Assembly: GCA_043819795.1 (NCBI GenBank)
Contig: JBDREN010000049.1
Span: forward strand, 27,409 to 91,408
DNA: 64,000 nt
Direction: 5' to 3'
From: Elusimicrobiota bacterium
Lineage (GTDB): Bacteria > Elusimicrobiota > Elusimicrobia > UBA1565
Part shown: positions 56,696 through 64,000 of the stretch, one piece after another
Position numbering within the stretch: position 1 is the first letter of the stretch
How the letters are laid out: every line of letters starts with the position of its first letter
The notes under the pieces: generated by a model
The model's database searches: none
What the model was told of the DNA's origin: nothing
The model's input: the letters and a program-made list of their open reading frames with translations, nothing else
Translations under genes and position numbers: made by a program

Positions 56696-57055
56696 ATGAA
56701 GATCGCTGTTACATCGACGAGTCCCGACCTGGACTCCAAGGTCGATCCCCGCTTCGGGAGGGCCGCGTATATCCTCATCGTCGATCCCGAGACCCTGGAG
56801 TTCGAGGCGTTCGACAACAGGGAGAACGCGAACGTTCTGAAGGGCGCCGGCATCCAGGCGGCCAAGATGGTGAGCGACAAAGGGGCGCAGGTCCTGCTGA
56901 CCGGACACTGCGGCCCGAACGCGTTCAAGGCTCTGCGGGCCGCGAAGATCGGGGTGGCCAACGGAGCGGAAGGCTCGGTGCGGGATGCCGTGAAGGCCTA
57001 TCGCGACGGGACGCTGACGCTCTCGGACAAGCCGAACGTCCAAGGGCAATGGTAG
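56696..57055 (+). CDS. NifB/NifX-family protein (orange protein ORP-like)
   Basis: MKIAVT, DPRFGRA, GAGIQAA, TGHCGPNA. Confidence 0.87.
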   Translation: MKIAVTSTSPDLDSKVDPRFGRAAYILIVDPETLEFEAFDNRENANVLKGAGIQAAKMVSDKGAQVLLTGHCGPNAFKALRAAKIGVANGAEGSVRDAVKAYRDGTLTLSDKPNVQGQW

Positions 57056-57073
57056 GTCCCGAAGGGGCTTCCC

Positions 57074-57466
57074 GTGGCTGAACCGCTCAGGCTATTGTTG
57101 GTGAGCCCCGACAAAGCATCGCTGTCCGGTTTTGCGGCGGCCTTGGAGGAGCAAGGGGGCGTCGCTTTGTCGTGGGCGGACTCCGGAGAGAAGGCCTTGA
57201 AGCTCGCTTCCGAGGCATCCCTCGACCTTGTGGTAACGGCCGAGATGCTCGGGGATATGACGGGCCTGGAGCTCGCTGGCAGGCTTCTCAGGATGAATCC
57301 CGCGATCAATACCGCGGCCGTAAGCCGTCTGTCTCCCCAGGAATTCCACGAGGCCAGCGAAGGGCTCGGGGTGATGGTCCAGCTGCCAACACGTCCCGGC
57401 GGAGAGGATGCCCGCGGGCTCCTGGGGCGTCTGCGGGAGCTGAAGGAGCTCTTGGGCGGGGCGTAG
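57074..57466 (+). CDS. Atypical receiver-domain protein
   Basis: Receiver-like layout (LLLVS, SGEKAL, DLVVT.EML.DMTGL) with the phospho-Asp position occupied by Ala. Confidence 0.7.
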   Translation: MAEPLRLLLVSPDKASLSGFAAALEEQGGVALSWADSGEKALKLASEASLDLVVTAEMLGDMTGLELAGRLLRMNPAINTAAVSRLSPQEFHEASEGLGVMVQLPTRPGGEDARGLLGRLRELKELLGGA

Positions 57467-57492
57467 TCCCGCGGGACCGGATACAGGGAGGA

Positions 57493-57744
57493 TTGTGCCC
57501 GATGATCGCGAATCCGGACCAGGCCGACAACGACGGCGTGGCGGACGGTTCGGATGAGTGCCTGGGTACCGAGGCCGGAACGGCCGTGAACGCGGTCGGA
57601 TGCTCCATCGCGCAGCTGTGTCCCTCCACCCAGAACTGGAAGAACCATGGGAAGTGCGTGTCGTGCGTCGCGCATGCCGCGAAGGACATGGTCGAGGCGG
57701 GCCGGTCGGACATAGGCAAGAAGATCAAGAAGGGCAAGAAGTAG
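57493..57744 (+). pseudogene. Orphan C-terminal fragment of a thrombospondin-3-repeat surface protein
   Basis: CPMIANPDQADNDGVADGSDECLGT...GCSIAQLCP...WKNHG; no signal peptide. Confidence 0.55.
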
Positions 57745-57816
57745 AAGGCTCGGCTCAGGAGCGGGAGATCGTTCGACGCGGCGGCGGCCGCGGACCATCG
57801 AGGCCCCGGCCGCCGC

Positions 57817-58554
57817 TCAGCGTCCGGCTGAATGGCCGGCTTTGGGCCCGGGCCCCGCGCCCAGGCGCCGCTGTCCGTTCTCGAGGATGGTCTGGATCCT
57901 CTCCTCGACATCGATCCGGAAGAACCGCATGGGGACCATGTGGGTCGGCAGCCAGTGGAGCCGCGCCTCTCCCAGGAAGTGGCACACGAAGCGTTTCTCG
58001 CCCGGCGGCGCGAAGAACTTGAAATCCCCTCTGAGCCCGGACACCAGCCGGGTGGGCCGCCATAGCTCGAGCGAGAGCTCCGGCAACGCCGGTTCGGAGA
58101 GGCCGTCGCGGACCTTCAGGCGCAGGATATAGCGTCCCTTGATCCACTTGTCGAGCTCGATTTGCAGGTCGAGGCGGCGCTTCGCCTCGTCGTAGCCCAA
58201 TCCGTGGAGGCTGAACAGGTAGCCGGGCCGCCCGCCGCGCCGGCGCCGGTTGATGCGGTCCAGCACCCACTTGGCGTAGCCCTTGAAGTCCTTGAGCACC
58301 GGCCGGGCGTCCTCGAAGTCCGCCTCCGCGGCGGCGAATCCCTCCAGGTAGAACTTGCCGCGCCGCTTGCGCAAAGAAGCGTGAAGCGTCGGGCCGTCGC
58401 TCTTGAAGGCGCCGAGGTCCTCGAGCTTGTCGTAGATCCGCTTGTCCTCGGCGGAAAGGCTTTCCCGGTAGCCGTCTTGGGGGATGTCCAGGGCCGCGGC
58501 CGGGGGACAGGCGAGGATGCCCAGCAGGCTTGCCTTAGCCCAGAATGATGTCAT
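57817..58554 (-). CDS. Hypothetical secreted protein (possibly SRPBCC/START-like)
   Basis: Signal peptide MTSFWAKASLLGILACPPAAA; ADFEDARPVLKDFKGYAKW resembles an SRPBCC N-terminus. Confidence 0.5.
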   Translation of the reverse strand: MTSFWAKASLLGILACPPAAALDIPQDGYRESLSAEDKRIYDKLEDLGAFKSDGPTLHASLRKRRGKFYLEGFAAAEADFEDARPVLKDFKGYAKWVLDRINRRRRGGRPGYLFSLHGLGYDEAKRRLDLQIELDKWIKGRYILRLKVRDGLSEPALPELSLELWRPTRLVSGLRGDFKFFAPPGEKRFVCHFLGEARLHWLPTHMVPMRFFRIDVEERIQTILENGQRRLGAGPGPKAGHSAGR

Positions 58555-59104
58555 CGAGCGACCGCTTGGGCACGTGATGTACCCCGTCCGCCGTCCGGTA
58601 ATACTTGGTGTCCCCGTCCGGCCCCGCCTCCTCGATGACGACCTTCTCATTGGTCTCGCCGAGGGCCACGGCAAGGACGATATCGTAGCGCGGGGGGATG
58701 TCCAGGGCTTCGCGCAGGCCCTTCTTGTCTATGGAGCCGATCATGCAGCCGCCCAGTCCCCGCTCCGAGGCTCCCAGGAGGATGCTCTGGGCGGCGATGC
58801 CGTGGTCGCAGCCGCAGGACCCGGCGAGCCCGGTATCGTTCAGGATGACGATGTACGCGGAGGGACGCTCGCCCTCCGCGGGGCCGGGCCAGTCTTTGAG
58901 AAAACCCGCCCAGCGCAGATGGGGGAAGACGCGCCGGTTCTTCTCGGGCTCGCAGGCGAGGATGAACCGCAGGGGCTGCAGGTTCATGGCCGACGCCGAG
59001 AGCCTGGCCAGGTCCACGAGCTCGCGCAAAACGCTCCGCTCCACGGCGACCTCCTGCTTGAACCGCCGGTAGCTTCTATTGCGCCGTACGAGTCTCTCGA
59101 TCAT
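58535..59104 (-). CDS. Nitroreductase family protein
   Basis: RNRSYRRF, SASAMNLQP, DHGIAAQSILLGA, VPKRSL. Confidence 0.9.
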   Translation of the reverse strand: MIERLVRRNRSYRRFKQEVAVERSVLRELVDLARLSASAMNLQPLRFILACEPEKNRRVFPHLRWAGFLKDWPGPAEGERPSAYIVILNDTGLAGSCGCDHGIAAQSILLGASERGLGGCMIGSIDKKGLREALDIPPRYDIVLAVALGETNEKVVIEEAGPDGDTKYYRTADGVHHVPKRSLDDIILG

Positions 59105-59216
59105 GGCGTCCGCCGCTGACCAGTGTAACAAGTTTCGACGGCGGGGGCGGATATCTCCCCGGGAGCGCTTGCGCGGCGTCGCGGGGTAATGATACAAACA
59201 GGCCGTTGAGGGCTCC

Positions 59217-59759
59217 ATGGACTACGTCATCGTCGACCTCGAAGCCACTTGCTGGGAAGCGGACGCCTCGATCGCCGACAAGGAGATCATCGAGATCGGC
59301 GCCGTGCGGCTGGACGGGGGGGACCTCCAGGTCGTGGATGAGTTCGACGCTTTCGTCCGTCCCTTGCGCCATCCCCTCCTCAGCGAGTTCTGCCGCAACT
59401 TGACGCGCATCGGCCAGGGCGAGATCGACCAAGCGAGTCCCCTCCCGAGGGTGTTTCAGAACTTCCTGGATTGGATCGGTCCCGAGCCCTTCAAGCTCTG
59501 CTCCTGGGGCGAGTATGACCACGGGCAGTTCCAGGTGGAGCTCCGGCGCCACGGCCTGCGCTGGCCGGCCGATTTCCGGGGGCACGTCAATCTCGAGGCC
59601 CGTTTCGCTCTGACCTACAACCTCAAGAGAAGCGTCGGTCTCAGGGAGGCCTTGCGCCTGCTGGGGATCGGATTCGACGGCACGCAGCATCGGGGCATCG
59701 ACGACGCGCGCAACATCGCCAAGATCGCCCAGGTCTTGCTGCGTTCCGCCTTCGCGTAG
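59217..59759 (+). CDS. DEDDh 3'-5' exonuclease (ERI1/KapD-like)
   Basis: VDLEATCW, EIIEIGAV, SWGEYD, HRGIDDARN. Confidence 0.9.
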   Translation: MDYVIVDLEATCWEADASIADKEIIEIGAVRLDGGDLQVVDEFDAFVRPLRHPLLSEFCRNLTRIGQGEIDQASPLPRVFQNFLDWIGPEPFKLCSWGEYDHGQFQVELRRHGLRWPADFRGHVNLEARFALTYNLKRSVGLREALRLLGIGFDGTQHRGIDDARNIAKIAQVLLRSAFA

Positions 59760-60047
59760 CCAGCGGGATCGGCCGCCAAGCCGCAGCTCGCCGGCTATTT
59801 CTTCTTGCCTTTCTTCTCCGCCGCCTTGTCTTCGGGCCCGCCTCTTCGATCGATGACCGGGGCGATGCGGGGACGCGTCTGTTTGCCCGTGCCTTCAGGT
59901 AGTAGTATAATGACTCACGGAGCAAAGGAGGCAGTATCCGGGATACGACTCCGGCGGTCCCCCCGAACGACTCAGGGCTTCTTTCCTTTACGTGCTCGGC
60001 GAGGGCTTTTGGGGTCGTAGCCTAGAAATCCCCTTGCCGAGGACACC

Positions 60048-61535
60048 ATGAAGATCTCCCTTATTTTCATCCGAGACAAACGTTTCTTTTCGCGCCCTTC
60101 CGAGAAGTTCCTCCGGCGCAGGAGGAAGCATCCCTATCCCGGCGGCAAGAAACACTATGTGCTGGGGGAGCCGCCCCTGGGGATCATGTATCTTTCCTCG
60201 ACCCTGAAACGAGCGGGGCACGAGGTATCCCTGACGGACCAGTGCCATCCCGAGTACACCGACGAACGATACCTGGACTCGATCAAGGAGAAGCGCCCCG
60301 ACATAGTGGGCATCAGCTTCTTGAGCAACATGTGCTACCCCGCGGCGCGCTCCCTCGCGAGGAAGGTCAAATCCGCCCTGCCGTCGGCGAAGCTCGTCTT
60401 CGGGGGCGTGTTCGCCACGATCAACGCGCGAAAGATCGTCGAGAACGAGGATTCGGTCGACGTGGTGGCTAGAGGAGAGGGCGAGAATATCATCCTGGAG
60501 TTGGCGGGCGGCTCCAAGAAGCTCGACGACATACCGGGTCTCAGCTTCAGGTCGAAAAGCGGCGCGGTGGTGGAAACGCCGGACAGCGAGCGCATCACGT
60601 CCCTCGATGATCTTCCCTTCCCCGACCGCGACAGCCTCGACATCAACTACGTCGCATCGCTTCCGTTGGACGTCCCCGCGGTGATATGGGACCGTCCGTA
60701 CACGACCGTCCTGTCCTCCCGCGGGTGCCCTTTCGACTGTATTTACTGCAACTGTCCCACGTTCAGCAACCGCAGATGCGTGATGCGGTCGGCCGGGAAC
60801 ATCCTGAAGGAGCTCGATGAGATCGAAAAGCAGGGCCACGGCGCCTTCACATTCGTCGACGATAATTTTCTGCTCAAGCCGCGGCGGGCCGAGGAGATAT
60901 GCGACGGCATGAAGGATAGAGGCCACTCGTTTTCGTGGGCCTGCCAGGGGAGGCCCGAAAGCAAGGTGCACGGCGTTTTCGAGCCTCTCTCCTCAGCGGG
61001 ATGCGACCTGCTCATGTTCGGCATAGAGAGCGGCTCGCAACGCGTCCTCGACAGCTTGAGAAAGAAAACGAAAGTCCTGGACGTCGAGAAGGCGGTCGTC
61101 CGCGCCCGGCAGGCGGGGATCGGCATCCGGCACGGCTTCTTTATCGTCGGAGCGCCCGGGGAAACAGCAGCGGATGTGGAGGAGACCTTCAAGCTGGCGG
61201 AGCGGATCCCGATCAACAGCTTCGGGTTCAACTCGCTGACCGCTTTCCGGGGGACCCCTCTTTGGAGAGACGCCGTCGCCAAGGGTTTGATCGACGAGGA
61301 GAAAGACTGGGACCAGATGTTCCCCGTCCACGCCATCTATGCCGATGCCCTCGACTCCCAGACGCTTTTTAAGCTCAGGTCCGGGCTTGTCAGGCGCCTG
61401 ATCAAGCGAAAGATCATGTGGCATCCCTTGGAGGCGCTGCGGATCATAATGCGATTCTTGAAATGCATGTCCGCAAGAGACATCTACAGCCTCCTGACTT
61501 CCTCGATGAGCGATCACGCCCGGCCCCGGGTCTGA
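60048..61535 (+). CDS. Cobalamin-binding radical SAM protein
   Basis: PPLGIMYL, PDIVGIS, VFGG, GEGE, SRGCPFDCIYC, FVDDNF, GIESG. Confidence 0.9.
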   Translation: MKISLIFIRDKRFFSRPSEKFLRRRRKHPYPGGKKHYVLGEPPLGIMYLSSTLKRAGHEVSLTDQCHPEYTDERYLDSIKEKRPDIVGISFLSNMCYPAARSLARKVKSALPSAKLVFGGVFATINARKIVENEDSVDVVARGEGENIILELAGGSKKLDDIPGLSFRSKSGAVVETPDSERITSLDDLPFPDRDSLDINYVASLPLDVPAVIWDRPYTTVLSSRGCPFDCIYCNCPTFSNRRCVMRSAGNILKELDEIEKQGHGAFTFVDDNFLLKPRRAEEICDGMKDRGHSFSWACQGRPESKVHGVFEPLSSAGCDLLMFGIESGSQRVLDSLRKKTKVLDVEKAVVRARQAGIGIRHGFFIVGAPGETAADVEETFKLAERIPINSFGFNSLTAFRGTPLWRDAVAKGLIDEEKDWDQMFPVHAIYADALDSQTLFKLRSGLVRRLIKRKIMWHPLEALRIIMRFLKCMSARDIYSLLTSSMSDHARPRV

Positions 61536-61690
61536 AAAGGCCGCGTGGCGGGAGACTTTCAAGCCCTCTGTCTCGCACGAGCCGGGAATCTTCCAGCGCC
61601 ACCAAGAGAGGCTGGTTTCGCTCGGAAATCCGGATTCGAGCTGACAAAAAATAAAAGTGCTTATTTTGCAATCACTATTTGTGTATAAAT

Positions 61691-61734
61691 GTCAATCAGT
61701 TGTCATTGACTTCCAATCGGATTGAGGCTATATA
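61691..61734 (+). promoter_or_regulatory. Putative promoter with inverted repeat
   Basis: GTCAAT-N8-ATTGAC overlapping TTGACT-17-TATATA in an AT-rich tract. Confidence 0.45.
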
Positions 61735-61845
61735 TGAGGATGCCGTTCAGGCAATCAAAAACATTTTGCCGCGAAAGAAGGCGGAGGCTGGCTTGAGCCT
61801 GCGGGCCAAAAGGCGACGTCGAGCAGGCACACCGGGAGAAACGAA

Positions 61846-64000
61846 ATGACAAAGAAACAAGAAGCGAATAAAGGCTGGCGCTTGTGTTCCGTTGTTGTCC
61901 TGTTGTTGGCTCTCACGGCTTTTGTCGGACAGAGCCCGGTCTTCGCATCGGATCCCCCCCGGAGCTGCGCGGATATCCTCGACGGGTACCCCGGCGCGCC
62001 CGACGGCGAATACACCATCTACCCGAACAATCAGATTATCCCCGTATACTGCCACGATATGGCGAGCGGGAACCCCGCGGAGTACCTGAGCTTGGTGAAT
62101 ACGGGCCCGGGGATCAATTACTCGCAATACACTGCGGGAGGGGCCGTGCCGGGCACGGATGTCGTGACTCACTATGCCAAGATCCGTTTCGACCCCGCGA
62201 CCTTGATCGTGGATATCGGCAACCGCACCTTCGCGTCGTCCACCGGCCAGGTGCATCACGGAGGGAAACCGGTCACCTGGATGCCGTACGGCACGGCGGA
62301 AGGCTGCAATTGGGGCCCTCATGGGCGGGGGAATATCGATCTCAGAGGCACTCCCTTTAGGGTGCACGATGAATTCTACCGCTGGGGCTGGGCGGAGGGT
62401 GGGGGCAGCGTTTCGGACCTTGACGGGCCCGTGCCTTTGGACACGACGACAGCGCCTCCGGTTTATCGGGTATCCTCTCAAGTCGTGGATCTGACCGGCG
62501 GAGGATACTGCGGCGGAACCAGCCTGTTCCGCAACCCGACGCCCGAGACCGGAAAGGGCGGCAAGCTCCGGCTGGGGTACGTGGGCCTGATCGACTTCGA
62601 GAGTTTCCCGGTGGGAACGCCCGAGCCCATAACCACCCAAGGCGCGACGTTCAGCACCAGCTGGGGCGGCTTCCAAGTGGTGAGGATGGGCTACACGCAG
62701 TATCCCGGGATCTACGAGGGCAACAGCTTCGGCTTCGGCATAACGGCGATCAGCATCGTCTTTGACGCCCCCGTCCAGGAGTTCGGGATGGGCATCTTCG
62801 ACCCCAACTTCTGCTGCGACAACATCGCCCGGATCTACGACCAGGACGACAACCTGCTCGACGAGACCTCCCCGTCCCTGGGATCGCCCGGCGGGGTGCA
62901 CTCCGCCTCCGTGGGCTTCGTGCGCGCCCAGCCTGATATCAAGCGCGTCGAGTATCAGATGAGCGCCGGTGACCCGCAGGGGATCGACATGGTGCGGTTC
63001 TTCCTGCCGCCGGACACCGATCAAGACGGCGACGGACTGCACGAGGACTGGGATCCGTGCCCCTTCGACCCGACAAACGACGCGGACAGCGACCGCGTGT
63101 GCGGCGGCGTGGACAACTGCCCCGAGACGGCCAACCCGGACCAGACGGACTCGGACGGCGACGGAGCGGGCGACGCCTGCGATGCGTGCCCGAACTACCC
63201 GGCCAATGACGAGGACGGCGACGGCGTATGCGGCGATGTGGACAACTGCGCCGTGATTCCCAACCCGGACCAGATGGACCACGACAGTGACGGGGCGGGC
63301 GACGCCTGCGACGAGGACGACGACAGCGACGGCGTGCCCGATACGCAGGACGCCGACCCGTTCAATCCGTACGTCTGCCAGGACATCGACAACGATGCCT
63401 GCGACGACTGCGCCTCGGGCATCAACGATCCGGCCAACGACGGCCCGGACAGCGACGGGGACCTGGCGTGCGACGCGGGCGATCCTTGCCCGCTCGACGC
63501 GGCCAACGACGCGGACGGCGACGGGGTGTGCGGCGACGTGGACGTATGCCCCGGCCACGACGACAACATTGACGCCGACGCGGACGGCATCCCCGAAGGC
63601 TGCGACATCTGCCCCGACGACGCGGCCAACGACGCGGACGGCGACGGGGTGTGCGGCGACGCGGACCAGTGCCCCGGCCACGACGACAACGCGGACGCGG
63701 ACGGCGACGGGACCGCGGACGGGTGCGACGCGTGCCCGAACGACGCGGCCAACGATGCTGACGGCGACGGGGTGTGCGGCGACGCGGACCAGTGCCCGGG
63801 CCACGACGACAACGCGGACGCGGACGGCGACGGGACCGCGGACGGGTGCGACGCGTGCCCGAACGACGCCGAGAACGACGCTGACGGCGACGGGGTGTGC
63901 GGCGACGTGGACCAGTGCCCGGGCCACGACGACAACGCGGACGCGGACGGCGACGGGACCGCGGACGGGTGCGACGCGTGCCCGAACGACGCGGCTAACG
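61846..64000 (+). CDS. Large secreted protein: GON domain, beta domain, thrombospondin type-3 repeats (runs off window)
   Basis: ATG 61846 after GGGAGA; signal peptide; SCADI...DGEYTI...VYCHDM...PAEYLSL...KIRFD...PYGTAEGC...IDLRGTPF...GGYCG; then DNCP..ANPDQ.D.DGDG.GDACD repeats; no stop before 64000. Confidence 0.85.
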   Translation, partial: MTKKQEANKGWRLCSVVVLLLALTAFVGQSPVFASDPPRSCADILDGYPGAPDGEYTIYPNNQIIPVYCHDMASGNPAEYLSLVNTGPGINYSQYTAGGAVPGTDVVTHYAKIRFDPATLIVDIGNRTFASSTGQVHHGGKPVTWMPYGTAEGCNWGPHGRGNIDLRGTPFRVHDEFYRWGWAEGGGSVSDLDGPVPLDTTTAPPVYRVSSQVVDLTGGGYCGGTSLFRNPTPETGKGGKLRLGYVGLIDFESFPVGTPEPITTQGATFSTSWGGFQVVRMGYTQYPGIYEGNSFGFGITAISIVFDAPVQEFGMGIFDPNFCCDNIARIYDQDDNLLDETSPSLGSPGGVHSASVGFVRAQPDIKRVEYQMSAGDPQGIDMVRFFLPPDTDQDGDGLHEDWDPCPFDPTNDADSDRVCGGVDNCPETANPDQTDSDGDGAGDACDACPNYPANDEDGDGVCGDVDNCAVIPNPDQMDHDSDGAGDACDEDDDSDGVPDTQDADPFNPYVCQDIDNDACDDCASGINDPANDGPDSDGDLACDAGDPCPLDAANDADGDGVCGDVDVCPGHDDNIDADADGIPEGCDICPDDAANDADGDGVCGDADQCPGHDDNADADGDGTADGCDACPNDAANDADGDGVCGDADQCPGHDDNADADGDGTADGCDACPNDAENDADGDGVCGDVDQCPGHDDNADADGDGTADGCDACPNDAAN
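63496..64000 (+). repeat. 123-bp (41-aa) tandem repeat, at least 4 copies
   Basis: Units start at 63496, 63619, 63742, 63865 and 63988; peptide DAANDADGDGVCGDADQCPGHDDNADADGDGTADGCDACPN. Confidence 0.92.

Noticed and set aside
56284..57055. Nitrogen fixation genes
   Set aside because: NifB/NifX-fold proteins here are in an orp-type context with no nifHDK/ENB
59760..60047. Cobalamin riboswitch before the radical SAM gene
   Set aside because: No B12-box or other conserved elements recognised
61740..61845. c-di-GMP riboswitch in the leader of the surface-protein gene
   Set aside because: A GAAA and a small hairpin are present but neither class I nor class II consensus is convincing by eye; an Infernal/Rfam scan would settle it
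896..63935. Many long overlapping or antisense ORFs in the track (e.g. 896-2482, 16715-18916, 20620-22656, 24269-25792, 38008-39726, 61747-63927)
   Set aside because: Shadow frames of high-GC genes; Arg/Pro/Ala-rich or repetitive, no motifs, and they overlap well-supported CDSs
63496..64000. CRISPR array
   Set aside because: Contiguous in-frame 123-bp coding repeats without unique spacers; no cas genes

Overview
GC-rich window from a diderm, probably anaerobic bacterium. The host cannot be assigned from this sequence alone. 1-22 kb is mixed housekeeping: a PP-loop ATPase/creatininase fusion followed by a dipeptide epimerase, mgtE, tamAB, an aminotransferase, an NCS2 permease, kptA, an M29 aminopeptidase, a hybrid kinase and an orphan solute-binding protein. 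23-57.5 kb is a large anaerobic electron-transfer island. It holds an OrpR-like activator with a broken GAFTGA loop, a compact Hmc-like complex whose NrfD subunit is fused to a hexaheme cytochrome, a group 3b [NiFe] hydrogenase, a MerR-led DsrMK-like pair, a hybrid tmcDCB-hmcBCDA operon with a 16-heme HmcA, two paralogous kinase/receiver modules, Rrf2, and a Fur-box-preceded orange-protein (orp)-like cluster. No dsrAB/dsrC, apr/sat, hyp or cytochrome c maturation genes are in the window. Two inverted-repeat-bounded intergenic elements together carry three copies of a 48-49 nt core showing compensatory base changes. The window ends inside a secreted GON-domain/thrombospondin-3-repeat protein that the ORF track missed. 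No rRNA, tRNA or CRISPR array was seen. All family assignments come from motif recognition by eye, not database searches.
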